Shown here one piece after another: positions 25,179-36,231 of a DNA stretch of 64,000 bases. The notes below the pieces were generated by a model. It was given only the letters and a program-made list of their open reading frames with translations. It ran no database searches and was not told the DNA's origin. The stretch comes from a bacterium HR35 (GTDB taxonomy: Bacteria; Patescibacteriota; Minisyncoccia; UBA6257; HR35), in the NCBI GenBank assembly GCA_002898235.1, contig BEIL01000002.1, positions 51,264 through 115,263 on the forward strand, read 5' to 3'. The translations under genes and the position numbers were made by a program. Positions within the stretch are counted from its first letter, which is position 1. Every line of letters starts with the position of its first letter.

Positions 25179-26960
25179 ATGATGGAAAAAATAAGAAATT
25201 TTGCTATTATTGCTCATATTGATCATGGAAAATCAACTTTAGCTGATAGATTTTTAGAAATTACTGGAACTATACCTAAAGAAAAACTCGAACCTCAATA
25301 TTTAGATAGATTGTCATTGGAAAGAGAAAGAGGAATAACAATTAAAATGCAGCCCGTAACAATGGAATATCGGGGTTATCTTTTGAACTTAATTGATACT
25401 CCCGGTCATGTAGATTTTTCTTATGAAGTTTCAAGAGCTTTAGCAGCAGTTGAGGGAGTTATTTTACTTATTGATGGCACTCAAGGAATTCAGGCTCAAA
25501 CAATAGCTAATTTAGAATTAGCTAAAAAACAAAACTTAGTTATTATTCCAGCAATTAATAAAATTGACTTAGATATAAAAAATTTGGATGATCTTTTAGA
25601 AGAAATTTTTTATTTAACCGGAGAAGAAAATGTTTATCTTATATCAGCAAAATTAGGAACAGGCGTTGAAGAATTATTAAAAGCAATTATTGAAAAAATT
25701 CCACCACCAAAAGAGTATAAAAATCACCCGGATAGCATAAGGGGAAAAGCATTAGTTTTTGATTCTCATTTTGATTCTTATAAAGGAATAATTGCTCATG
25801 TAAGAGTTTTTTCTGGAGAATTTTCTAAAAATCAATTAGCTTATTTTCGAAGAAAAAAATATCAATTCAAAATTTTGGAAGTTGGTATTTTTAAACCAGA
25901 TTTAAAAGAAAAAGATAAACTTGAAGCAGGAATGATTGGCTATATAGCTACGGGGATTAAAGATGCTGGTATTTTAAAAATTGGAGAAACAATAACTTTA
26001 GATTTAGAAACAGAGCCATTACCTGGCTATGAAGAACCTTTACCAAATGTTTTTGCCAATATTTATCCTGCTCAAGAAGAAAAATTCGAATCTTTTGAAG
26101 AAAGCATTCGTCAACTCTGTCTTAACGATCCGGCTATCTTTTTAGAAAAAATCTCTCATCCGATTTTAGGTAGAGGTTTTCAAGTAGGAGCTTTGGGGTT
26201 ATTACACTTAGATATTTTTCAAGAAAGATTAAAAAGAGAATTCGGAACAGAAATTATTATAACCCTACCTTCGGTTAAATATTTAATTAAATTAAAAAAT
26301 GGAAGCCAACAAGAAATAACAAATCCCCAAGATTTACCTTCGATTGATCAAATTCTTGAAATTCAAGAACCAATTGCTAAAGTTGAAATTTTTACACCTC
26401 AAGAATATTTAGAAGGAATTTCGGAAATAATTAAAAAGTCAAGGGGCAAAATAGTTGAAATTAATTATGAAGCCAAAATTTTAAAAATAGAATCTTTTTT
26501 GCCTTTAGATGAATTAATTGCTGGTTTTTTCGATGAATTAAAATCAATCTCTTCAGGTTATGCGTCTTTGAGATGGCAACTTTCTCATTATGAAAAATCT
26601 GATTTAGTTAAACTTGATATTTTAATAGCGGAAGAAAAAGAACCCAGTCTTTCAAGATTAGTTCATAGAAGCCAAGCTCAAGCTATTGGAAGAAAAATTT
26701 TATTGGTTTTAAAAGAAAATTTAGAAAGAAGAGAATTTCCCATTAAACTTCAGGCAAGTATTAACGGAAAAATTATTGCCCGGGAAACAATCCCGGCTAT
26801 TTATCGAGATATAGCTGGTTGGCTTTATGGTGGTGATCGAACAAGAAAAATGAAGTTGTGGCAAAAACAAAAAAAGGGCAAAAAGAAATTAGAAAAACTT
26901 TTTAAAGGAAAAGTTAAAATTCCTAATGAAGTTCTAATTAAGGTTTTTAAAGTTAAATGA
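25179..26960 (+). CDS. lepA: elongation factor 4 (LepA)
   Basis: NFAIIAHIDHGKSTLADRFL, DTPGHVDF, LepA-specific C-terminal domain. Confidence 0.9.
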   Translation: MMEKIRNFAIIAHIDHGKSTLADRFLEITGTIPKEKLEPQYLDRLSLERERGITIKMQPVTMEYRGYLLNLIDTPGHVDFSYEVSRALAAVEGVILLIDGTQGIQAQTIANLELAKKQNLVIIPAINKIDLDIKNLDDLLEEIFYLTGEENVYLISAKLGTGVEELLKAIIEKIPPPKEYKNHPDSIRGKALVFDSHFDSYKGIIAHVRVFSGEFSKNQLAYFRRKKYQFKILEVGIFKPDLKEKDKLEAGMIGYIATGIKDAGILKIGETITLDLETEPLPGYEEPLPNVFANIYPAQEEKFESFEESIRQLCLNDPAIFLEKISHPILGRGFQVGALGLLHLDIFQERLKREFGTEIIITLPSVKYLIKLKNGSQQEITNPQDLPSIDQILEIQEPIAKVEIFTPQEYLEGISEIIKKSRGKIVEINYEAKILKIESFLPLDELIAGFFDELKSISSGYASLRWQLSHYEKSDLVKLDILIAEEKEPSLSRLVHRSQAQAIGRKILLVLKENLERREFPIKLQASINGKIIARETIPAIYRDIAGWLYGGDRTRKMKLWQKQKKGKKKLEKLFKGKVKIPNEVLIKVFKVK

Positions 26961-27385
26961 AATTTTTAATTCAAAAAGTAAAAAATATAAAGATTGAAAG
27001 TGATTTAGAAGATGTCTATCCAAATAACATATTATTAATTTATATTGGCGTTGGAAGAGGAGATGAGAAAAAGAATTTAGAAGAAATTGTAAGTTTTTTA
27101 GAAAATTTACAAATAATTGATGAAAATAATAAATTCCTTCGAAAATTAAAGGAAGTAAAGCCAACCTTAATTTTTATTTCCAACATAACATTATTAGCTA
27201 GTTTCGAAAAAGGAAGAATAAATTTTAATCAAGCTTTAGAGCCAAAATTAGCCAAAGAAATTTACGAGAAGCTAATTGGGATTTTTAAAAAAAGAAATTA
27301 TCAAGTTTTTTCAAAAGAATTTGGCAGTTATTTAGAAATAACTTCAACAAACATCGGCCCAATAAACTTCTTTATTGAAATCTAA
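26957..27385 (+). CDS. dtd: D-aminoacyl-tRNA deacylase
   Basis: Overall fit to Dtd; SNITLLAS (compare SQFTL) and NIGPINF (compare NDGPVT). Confidence 0.7.
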   Translation: MKFLIQKVKNIKIESDLEDVYPNNILLIYIGVGRGDEKKNLEEIVSFLENLQIIDENNKFLRKLKEVKPTLIFISNITLLASFEKGRINFNQALEPKLAKEIYEKLIGIFKKRNYQVFSKEFGSYLEITSTNIGPINFFIEI

Positions 27386-27429
27386 CATACCACCCAACTT
27401 TTTGTTTTAAATTTTACTATAAGATTGTG

Positions 27430-27794
27430 GGGTGGAAATTACGATTTTTATAGAAAGAAAAGAACAGAAGAATTTGAAGCCAGAACGAGAGCTTGCGAAG
27501 CTCAAGAAAAAAAGAAGAAACAACTTTTAGAATCTATTGAAAAATTAAAAAAACAAGCTCAAAGGTTTGAAAAAATAAACGTAGATGCTTTTTAGAAGAA
27601 TACAAATAGCGGCTATTCTTTCAAAGAACTCTTATGTTTTAATTTTAGATGAACCAACTAATCATTTAGATGTTTATACTGTTGAAGAATTAGTGGAAGC
27701 TTTAAGAGATTATCAAGGAACAATAATTCTTGTCTCTCATGACGAATCTTTTATTAACGATATCCAACCCAATAAGGTTATAGATTTGCTATAA
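27430..27794 (+). pseudogene. ABC-F ATPase remnant (linker-like segment plus Walker B/H-loop) with internal deletion and frameshift
   Basis: ...EKLKKQAQRFEKINVDAF* then ..RRIQIAAILSKNSYVLILDEPTNHLD...ILVSHDESFIN; Walker A and signature regions are missing. Confidence 0.55.
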
Positions 27795-27879
27795 AAATTA
27801 AATTTTTACTTCAGGATTATTTCTACATTATTTCTCAATTTCTTAAGAAATTAAGAAATATAGAAAACTAATAAAACCC

Positions 27880-28160
27880 TCAATTTCCCTTCAATTTTTA
27901 ATCTTGGTTATTGCAATGTATAATTAGCGATCCACAATACCATTCGTGAGATAGCAAAGAGCGCCAGCATTGAAGGCCGGCGATCTCTTCGCCGAACTCT
28001 ATCGGTATGTAATCGGACAAGATTGCAGACCGAAGGTCGGTTGGCTCTTCGAAACATTGGGACGAGACAAAGTTCTCCATCTTCTTGCGTAAAACTTGAG
28101 AGCGGAGTATACTGCTTCGTCATCTTTTAATTTAATTCTTTAATCCTATAAGTTTTATCC
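27880..28160. other. GC-rich (~45-50%) segment of unknown nature between two pseudogenes; open in three of six reading frames, several GC hairpins
   Basis: For example cggcga-tctct-tcgccg hairpin; composition very different from flanking ~28% GC DNA. Confidence 0.3.
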
Positions 28161-28790
28161 TATAGCTGTCGCCCTTTGCTGTTTATTATAATGGTTTGTG
28201 AATTCGAAATACTAATAACTTTATTTGATGTAGTCTTTTGATAGTAAGACAATTCTCTACCATAAGAAGGATTATAATGAGGCAAAATTTCAAAGTCAAT
28301 TAATACAAGACCTTCAAAATCAGTTAAACCAACATCATTGTGGTCAGGATCTATTGAAACTGCAATTTGGATTGTTGGTGCAAGTATAATTGCTCCAATA
28401 CTTCCGCCAATATATATTTCCGCCGCTATCAAGTAATTTTACTATCGTATCTTTAAAATGTGCTTCGCGAGCATACTTTAATAACCTAAACGTATTACCA
28501 CCGCAGACATAAATTAAGTTTTATTTTGAAAAATCTGCATGCGGTTTATTTTCAATATCGATAAAATCGATAGTACTAAAACCAAAGCTCCGAAATTGGG
28601 ACTCAGATAGTTTTGAATATTTGTTATTCTCTTTTCCCTCGGCGGCTGTAGTTACAACAGCAACAGATTTATGTGGTAATAAATTAAAAAATCTTTCTGC
28701 TGCCTGTTGGACTGGTTCGGCTGACAAACCCGTTGAAGTAAGGATAATTATTCCTCGGTTATTCGTTGTAAAAATAATTTATAAGAATTA
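28160..28790 (-). pseudogene. peptidase S51 (PepE/cyanophycinase-like) pseudogene, interrupted by stop/frameshift
   Basis: IYIGGSIGAIILAPTIQIAVSIDPDHNDVGLTDFEGLVLIDFEILPHYNP aligns with PepE [43 protein letters not shown]; N-terminal piece SVAVVTTAAEGKE lies in another frame. Confidence 0.6.
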
Positions 28791-28839
28791 TGATGATATT
28801 AGAAGATCGTTTAATATTAATAATATTTTTGATATTTAT

Positions 28840-30141
28840 TTATGCATAATTTTGTTTTCTAAGTTGAGAAAGATCTCTCTGAAAATTTTTTATAAAATCA
28901 TAAGTGTTATATCTAATAAGATGTTTTTTATAATAAAATGCGATTAGAATGTAGCCTATACATAAAAACAAAAAATTTTTATCCAAGGTAGAGTATGCTA
29001 AAAGATTATGGATCATTTTATGCAAATAAATTTTTTTAACTTGTTTATATATTCTTTTTTTGTCAGGATTCATTAAAGAATAGGCTTTGTTCCAAGAATT
29101 TTTATATTTTATCCTCGTTATTGACCAAGATAATAAAGAGTCTTTTACAGGATGGACTACTAAATTATTTTTGCTTGTACCTATAAACTCACAGCTTTTT
29201 GTCTCTTTAATTTTTAGTATATCTTGAGTACTTAAATTGTTAAAAGAATACGTGTTTAAATAAATTCCTGGTAGAATTAAATTTGGTATTTTTGATGGAA
29301 GGTTCATTAAATTAACTAAAGTTCCACCCCCACCGCCCCGACAATATGGAACTTCATATAGTATTGCCGTTTGTTTATGATAAGGAAAACTAGCAAAACT
29401 ATGGAAGTTAGTAATGTTTGCTCTTCCATCAATACACTCACCGCTTATAAGCTTTTTACCACATTGAAGTTCTAGAATCAAATTATCAAAATGATTGTTA
29501 GTGCTACTATTGTTTATAATTGTACAATCATCATCTATAAGAGCTAAAAATTTTTTTTCTTTATTTTTAAAATGAAGTTTGTTTATGATTGTTAATATGA
29601 CTGATATAAATGTTGAGTAATCATAATTACCCTTGCATTTTATATTTACTAATGTTATGATTTTTTCTTTTTGTTTGAGATTACGTATCTTAGCTCTCCA
29701 AATATTTTCATTATTAATAAATTTTATAATAAGAAAAGAGGTCGTTAAAGTTGAATTACAACAAGCTTTTAATACATTTCTAAAATTATATGAGGAGAGT
29801 TTATTTTTTAAAGAATCAACAAAAACAACAACTACCGAAAATTTGTCGTTGTCAATATGATTAAAGATTTTATTATTAAACAGGATCCTTTTAATAAATA
29901 ATTTTAATTCTGTATCTGCTTTTTCGCTAATATCAAAATTTTTAAATTTATTTAGAAATTTAATAGCTTTATAAAAATTTTTTTCAGCAAAAATCTCATC
30001 TAGTAATAGAAAAACAATATGGTTTATATATCTTTTCAATTCACTTAGTTTTATAAAATTTTTATATAAACAAAAATAATCTTCTAAGAAATCGTTCTTA
30101 GCTTTTTCAAATAGAAATTTCACAAAAGATGTCCTGAACAT
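28840..30141 (-). CDS. hypothetical protein, possibly nucleotide-sugar (GT-A-like) transferase
   Basis: FSVVVVFVD... and LALIDDDCTII resemble a GT-A N-terminal strand and DxD motif; unusual G5 run. Confidence 0.3.
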   Translation of the reverse strand: MFRTSFVKFLFEKAKNDFLEDYFCLYKNFIKLSELKRYINHIVFLLLDEIFAEKNFYKAIKFLNKFKNFDISEKADTELKLFIKRILFNNKIFNHIDNDKFSVVVVFVDSLKNKLSSYNFRNVLKACCNSTLTTSFLIIKFINNENIWRAKIRNLKQKEKIITLVNIKCKGNYDYSTFISVILTIINKLHFKNKEKKFLALIDDDCTIINNSSTNNHFDNLILELQCGKKLISGECIDGRANITNFHSFASFPYHKQTAILYEVPYCRGGGGGTLVNLMNLPSKIPNLILPGIYLNTYSFNNLSTQDILKIKETKSCEFIGTSKNNLVVHPVKDSLLSWSITRIKYKNSWNKAYSLMNPDKKRIYKQVKKIYLHKMIHNLLAYSTLDKNFLFLCIGYILIAFYYKKHLIRYNTYDFIKNFQRDLSQLRKQNYA

Positions 30142-30315
30142 TTGAGCACATTTTAAAATCTATTTATTGGCATAATTTCTTTATTCTTTTTAAAATTATT
30201 TATAATATATAGTATAGTATAAATAGTATAACATATATTATAATGATTATTATTTAAATGTTTATAATTAAAGCTATATAAAAAGCTTCATTAATATCGT
30301 TTTTTATTTCGCAAA

Positions 30316-31089
30316 ATGAATTACATGTGGCCGTATAGTAAAAGCTCCCCGTTCGTAGACATCTTATCGGCTAATAAAACTGCAAGGCAAATTAATTTTA
30401 TTAAAAAGATTATAACCACTTATTTTTATAATAAAAAAATAATAATAATAGATGCAGGCTGTGGTACTGGTAGATTGACTATACCTCTGTGTAGACTATC
30501 GCAAGTTAAAGAAATTATAGGTTTTGATAAAAGTGTAAAAATGTTGGAAATAGCTCAAAAAAAAGCCGCTGAGTGTAAAAGTATGAAAATTAAATTTATA
30601 AAAGGGGATTTAACTAAGCCTTTACTTTTGCCAAAAGCAGATCTAGTAATATGTATGTATACTACTTTTAATTATTTAACAAAAGATAGTGATATTATAA
30701 GCGGTTTAAAAAATATTAAAAATTACCTCAAAGGAACGGGGCTTGCTCTTATAGATTTAAGTAACTTATTCTATTATTCTTTCATATCGCAACCTAATAA
30801 GCCGATTATAAAAATATATAAACGCGGTTCTTTGCTTATCAAGGAAGTAATAACTGTAGAATACCAAATATCTAAAAATATATGGTTACACAAAATGAAA
30901 TTGATGGTTAAAAATAAATCTAATCAAAAATATACCGTTATTAAAGAACTTCATAAATTGAGATATATTTCTATTACAGAAATGAAATACTTTGCTAAAG
31001 AAGCTGGTTTAAATATAGAAAAGATTTTTTTTGATTATAATTTTAAAAATTTAAATGGCCATCGATTAATTTTTTTATTAAAAAAATGA
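30316..31089 (+). CDS. class I SAM-dependent methyltransferase
   Basis: Motif I IIDAGCGTGRLT, motif post-I IGFDKS. Confidence 0.75.
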   Translation: MNYMWPYSKSSPFVDILSANKTARQINFIKKIITTYFYNKKIIIIDAGCGTGRLTIPLCRLSQVKEIIGFDKSVKMLEIAQKKAAECKSMKIKFIKGDLTKPLLLPKADLVICMYTTFNYLTKDSDIISGLKNIKNYLKGTGLALIDLSNLFYYSFISQPNKPIIKIYKRGSLLIKEVITVEYQISKNIWLHKMKLMVKNKSNQKYTVIKELHKLRYISITEMKYFAKEAGLNIEKIFFDYNFKNLNGHRLIFLLKK

Positions 31090-32078
31090 GAGATATCCAC
31101 ATATCTATTATAATACCCACCTTTAACTCAGCTACGTATATCAAAAGAGGTTTTTTTGATAAATATATAAAAAATTGTAAAAAGCTAATAAGAAATAGAT
31201 ATCGAGTATCATTTATAGTATTTGATAATGCCTCTGGTGACAATACTAGAGATTTAATAGTTTCTAAGTATCCGAATATAGATTTAATATATTCATTTTA
31301 TAATCTGGGATACGCTAAAGCTGTTAATTATGCTATCCAGTACTCGTTTCATAAATATAATAGTGACTTTTTTATAGTAAGCGATCATGATGCTTATCCC
31401 GGTAATGGTTGTTTTTATAAAATAATAAAATTCATGGAAAATGATCCTAAAGCAGCATTCGTACAGCCTTTAGTTAAACAATTACCTAATAAAAAGAAAA
31501 TTTATTCAGCTGGGCATACTTACTTGTCCAATGGGAATTGTGTAACCATCAAAAATTACAATAAATCTTTAGAATTTGTAGAAATACTGAGCGGTTCAAT
31601 TTTATGTACCGGAATTAAAGCTAAAGCTCTTTTAAAAACTGGTTTATTGGATGAAAGGTTTTATATTTATTTTGAAAGCAATGATATATGTTTTAGATTC
31701 AGAAAGGCTGGATTTAAAAATTATTGTTTATTAAAAGCCACGGCATATCACGAAAGAGATTTAGATAGAAATACGCTTATTCAAAAATTTTTTATTAAAA
31801 GGAATAAATTATTATTTTGGTATAAACACGATAAGAAAAAATTTAAAAAATTTCTCGATTTAGCAAAGAGGGAATTTAAAGAATTTGAAAAATATTTCAA
31901 CAAAGTTGATTATATTACTACTCAAGATGAGGTAAACCTGGTTAAATATCTAGCGCTTAAAGAATCACTTTGCTATCTATCAGAGTTAAAACATAGTAAA
32001 TATAAAGAGCCTTCGTTAAAAGATTTTGCAAAGTTTAATCAAATTGTGTATAATGATAAAAAAGTATTTATAAGTTAA
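31086..32078 (+). CDS. glycosyltransferase family 2
   Basis: SIIIPTFNSATYI, FDNASGDNT (DxD region), GYAKAVNYA. Confidence 0.7.
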   Translation: MRDIHISIIIPTFNSATYIKRGFFDKYIKNCKKLIRNRYRVSFIVFDNASGDNTRDLIVSKYPNIDLIYSFYNLGYAKAVNYAIQYSFHKYNSDFFIVSDHDAYPGNGCFYKIIKFMENDPKAAFVQPLVKQLPNKKKIYSAGHTYLSNGNCVTIKNYNKSLEFVEILSGSILCTGIKAKALLKTGLLDERFYIYFESNDICFRFRKAGFKNYCLLKATAYHERDLDRNTLIQKFFIKRNKLLFWYKHDKKKFKKFLDLAKREFKEFEKYFNKVDYITTQDEVNLVKYLALKESLCYLSELKHSKYKEPSLKDFAKFNQIVYNDKKVFIS

Positions 32079-32113
32079 AAACAAAAATTAGTTTTTATAT
32101 TAAAATTTAAAAA

Positions 32114-35086
32114 ATGGAATCATTAATTAACAATATAGAACAAAAAATCCTAGAATTTTGGAAAAAAGAAAATATATTTAAGAAATCATTAGCGCAAAAT
32201 AGAAAAGGAAATTTTTTTAGCTTTTTTGATGGCCCTCCCTTTGCCACTGGTTTGCCTCACTACGGTCACATTTTAGCATCTACGCTTAAAGATTTGTATT
32301 GCAGATATGCTTCTATGAAAGGTTATTATGTACCAAGAAGATGGGGGTGGGACTGTCACGGACTACCAATTGAAAACTTAGTAGAGCAAGAAATGGAGGT
32401 TAAAACCAAAAAAGATATCGAGAAAATTGGGATAGAAAAATTTAACGCTATTTGTAAATCTAAGGTTTTAAAATTTGCTAGTGAATGGGAAGATATGGTA
32501 GATAGAATAGGGAGATGGATAGAATTTAAAAATGCTTATAAAACTATGGATACTTCTTATATGGAGTCTGTTTGGTGGGCATTTAAGCAATTTTGGAATA
32601 AGGGATTAATTTATGAAGGAATAAAACCTCTTTTATACTGTCCTAGGTGCCAAACTCCGGTTTCTAAATTTGAAATTATAATGGACAAAAATTATAAAGA
32701 AATAGAAGTAGATTCCATCGTTGTCAAATTCCCGCTTGTTAAAGAAAAAACTCAATTACTAAAAAAGCAAAATTTATCAAAACCGGTTTATCTTTTAGTA
32801 TGGACTACCACTCCTTGGACTTTACCGAGTAATGTGGCTATAGGAATAAGGAAAGATTTGGATTATTTATTGGTAGAAAATGATGAGGGTTTTTTTATAA
32901 TTCATAAACAAGCTTTAAAATTATTTGATAGACGTCCGAGATTAATAAAAGTTATAAAAGGTAAGGAATTAATAGGGAGTAAATATCTATTATTGTTTTC
33001 TAGAAAAGATCATGAAACGGGATTGATTATAGAAGATCCTTACATTACAGAAGAGGGAACTGGGTTAGTTCATTTAGCCCCCGCGTATGGAGAAGAAGAT
33101 TTTCATCTATGCAGAAAACACAGATTACCTATAATCACCACATTGAATGAAGGGGGTATTTTTGAATTTAATTGTCCAGATTTTCTAAAAGGAGCATATT
33201 TTGAAAAGGCGAATGAAATTATTATTAATTTTCTTTCTTCTAATAATATGCTCTTTAAAGTAATAAAATTTAAACACAGATATCCTTTTTGTTGGAGATG
33301 TGGAACAGCTTTATACTATAATGCAGTTACTTCTTGGTTTATAGATATTAAAAAAATAAAAAAAATGCTAGTGGAGCTTAATAAAACAATAGATTGGCAC
33401 CCAGCCCATCTTAAATATGGTAGATTTCTTAAGGGTTTGCAAAGTGCGCCTGATTGGAATATTTCCCGATGGAGATTCTGGGCTACACCGATCCCTTTAT
33501 GGAGATGTCAAAATATTAATTGTAGAAATATAGTCTGTATCGGAAGTATAAAAGAACTTCGTAATAAAGCAATTAATTTTGATAAAGTCTATCCTGATTA
33601 TCATAAGAATATAATCGATTTACATAGGCCTTATATAGATATGGTTTTATTGAGATGCGAAAAATGTAAAGATATTATGGTAAGAGTAAAAGATGTTCTT
33701 GATTGTTGGTTTGAATCAGCTAGTATGCCGTTTGCTGAAATTCATTATCCATTTGAGAATAAAAAATTTTTTGAAAAGAGATATCCGGCCGATTTCGTAG
33801 CTGAATATATAGCCCAAACAAGGGCGTGGTTTTATGTTATGCTTGTAGTAAACGGTGTTTTATTTCATCAAGCTCCGTTTAAACATGTATTAACGACAGG
33901 CACTGTACTTAACGAAAAAGGAGAAAAGCTTTCCAAATCTAGAAAGAATTTTCCAGACCCATGGCATATTATTCACAAATACGGAGCAGATGCTCTAAGG
34001 TTCTATCTTTTATCGTCTCCTGTAATTGAAGCTAGAGATTTGTTTTTTTCAGAAGAAGGAGTAAAAAATGTTTATAGAAAAATAGTTAATATTCTCTTGA
34101 ATCTAGTAGCTCTATACAAATTTTATGAAATGGGCGCTTTGGCTAAAAAATTAAATATAGAAAAATTTAACTTTAAAACTGGTATTAAAGATACTCTTCA
34201 TAAATGGATTTTATCTTATATTTACTATAAAAAGAATCTAATTAAAGATGCTCTTGATAATTATGAAACTAAAAAGGCTTGTAAAGAGATAGAAAATTGT
34301 ATTAATATGATTTCTCTATGGTATGTTAAGTTTATAAAGGATTTAATTAAAATTAAAGATCAAGAGAGTATTGTGGTATACAGTTGGATTCTTTATCAGT
34401 TATCTAAAATAATAGCTCCGTTTATGCCATTTATGGGGGAATATTTATATCAATCATTGAATTTTGTGACAAAAAAATCTGTTCACTTAGAAAAATTGGA
34501 AGATATTAATTATTTAGTAAATAAAAAACTTATTGACGATATGGAGAAGGTAAAAAAAATAATACAATTAGGCTTATCAGCAAAAAAACCAGTGGTATAA
34601 AATTAAAATATCCTGTAAGCCAAATTATAATCAATATTAAATTAAAGCCTAGCTTAATTTCTTTAATTAAAAAAATATTAAATGTTGAGAAGGTTATAGT
34701 AGATCCAAATGCTGAATACGAAAATTACAAAGAAGATTATATAAAAGCAGAAGATGGTAATGTTAAAATTTTTATTAAAAAAACCGCTGATTTTAATTTA
34801 ATTATAAAAGGAATTTTAAGAGAATTTACAAGATATATAAATTCAATTAGAAAAAAACTACAACTTACGCCAAAAGACAAAATAATTACAGAAATTTTTA
34901 TTTATGATGAGACGTTATTTAAAAATTTAACTGAAACTAGTTTAAGTGAACTAAAGACTAATACATATTCTGAAGACCTTAAAATAACAAAAATTGAAAA
35001 AGAAATATATGAACCGAATGTTTTAGAGTTTAAAGTAGGCCCCAATAAAGAATTTAAAGTTAAAATTAAAATCACTAAAATATGAA
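32114..35086 (+). CDS. ileS: isoleucyl-tRNA synthetase, eukaryote-like type 2; reading frame broken at an A7 run (34582-34588). Track ORF is 32114-34600; the C-terminal ~160 aa continue to 35086 in another frame
   Basis: GPPFATGLPHYGHIL (HIGH), KLSKS, CP1 editing domain; adding one A gives ...LSAKKTSGIKLKYPVSQ... matching the IleRS ..GIKVRQPL.. region. Confidence 0.8.
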
Positions 35087-36196
35087 GTACAAAATACCTA
35101 TTTTGAGACCTTTTATGCCTAAAGGCATTATAAATAAACTAAGAAAGGTTTTATACTCAGGATGGATAGGCGAAGGTCCTGTAGTTAAACAATTTGAACA
35201 AGCTTTGAAAGATTACCTAGGAAATAGATACATTGTTTCTGTTAATAGCGGAACTAGTGCTCTTTGGATAGCTTATCATTTAGCTGGGATTAAAAAGGGT
35301 GATGTTGTAATAACAACCCCCCTAACTTGTAGTGCTACAAATATACCCTTGTTACATTTGGGAGCTAAAATAGTCTGGGCAGATATAGACATCAATACCG
35401 GTAATATAGACCCTCTTGATGTTGAAAATAAAGTTAAAAAGATAAAAAAAGTAAAAGCTATTGTAATTGTAGATTATGGTGGTATGCCGTGTGATATGGA
35501 TCGATTAATATTTATTTCAAAAAAATATAAAATACCTATAATAGAAGATGCTGCTCAGGCATTGGGAGCAGAATATAAAGGCATTAAGATAGGAAATCAT
35601 AATGATTATGTTTGTTTTAGCTTTCAAGCTGTTAAAACTATTACTACTGTAGACGGAGGCGCTCTATGTCTTAAAAATAGAAAAGATTATGAAAGAGCAA
35701 AAAACTTAGGTGGTTTGGTATTGATAGAGATAAAAAATATTCGAAGAAAAAACCCTGGCAATACAATATAACAGAAGCGGGATATAAAATGCATTTAAAT
35801 GATGTTTTAGCTACAATAGGCTTAGAACAATTAAAGTATGTAGATTTATTAGTAAATAAACAACGGCGTGGGGCTGAATATTACTATAAAAACCTACAAA
35901 ATATGAAAGAAATTAGAGTTTTGAAAGAACCCGATGGCTGTAAGTCTTCTTATTGGTTATTTACTGTGTTAGTCGAGCGGAGAGAAAAATTTATTAATAC
36001 ATTAAATGCGTATGGAATAGAATGTAGTCCAGTTCATCAAAGAAATGATAAACTCTCTATATTTGGCAAACTTGATAAATCATTAAAAAATACTGATATT
36101 TTTAACAAAAAAGCAGTATGTTTACCTAATGGCTATTGGGTTAGCCAAAAAGATAGAAGATTTATAGTGGACACTATTAAAAGAAATTTTGCTTAG
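35082..36196 (+). CDS. DegT/DnrJ/EryC1/StrS-family PLP-dependent sugar aminotransferase; frame broken at an A6 run (35699-35704); track ORFs are 35082-35771 and 35789-36196
   Basis: SFQAVKTITT (PLP-lysine); corrected frame gives ...ERAKKLRWFGIDRDKKYSKKKPWQYNITEAGYKMHLNDVLATIGLEQL matching the family consensus. Confidence 0.75.
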
Positions 36197-36231
36197 GGGT
36201 TAGTATAAAAAATAGGCCTTTTAGTTAAAAT

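Noticed and set aside
27386-27430. Imperfect inverted repeat (ccacccaac ... ttgtggggtgg) right after dtd as an island att site or terminator
   Set aside because: The stem is imperfect with a ~30-nt loop and no T-tract, and there is no matching copy at the other island boundary near 38.7 kb that I could find by eye.
27898-28123. Two overlapping minus-strand ORFs (60 and 71 aa) in the GC-rich segment
   Set aside because: Three of six frames are open over this GC-rich stretch, so open frames are uninformative here; no recognisable similarity. Reported as an unassigned segment instead.
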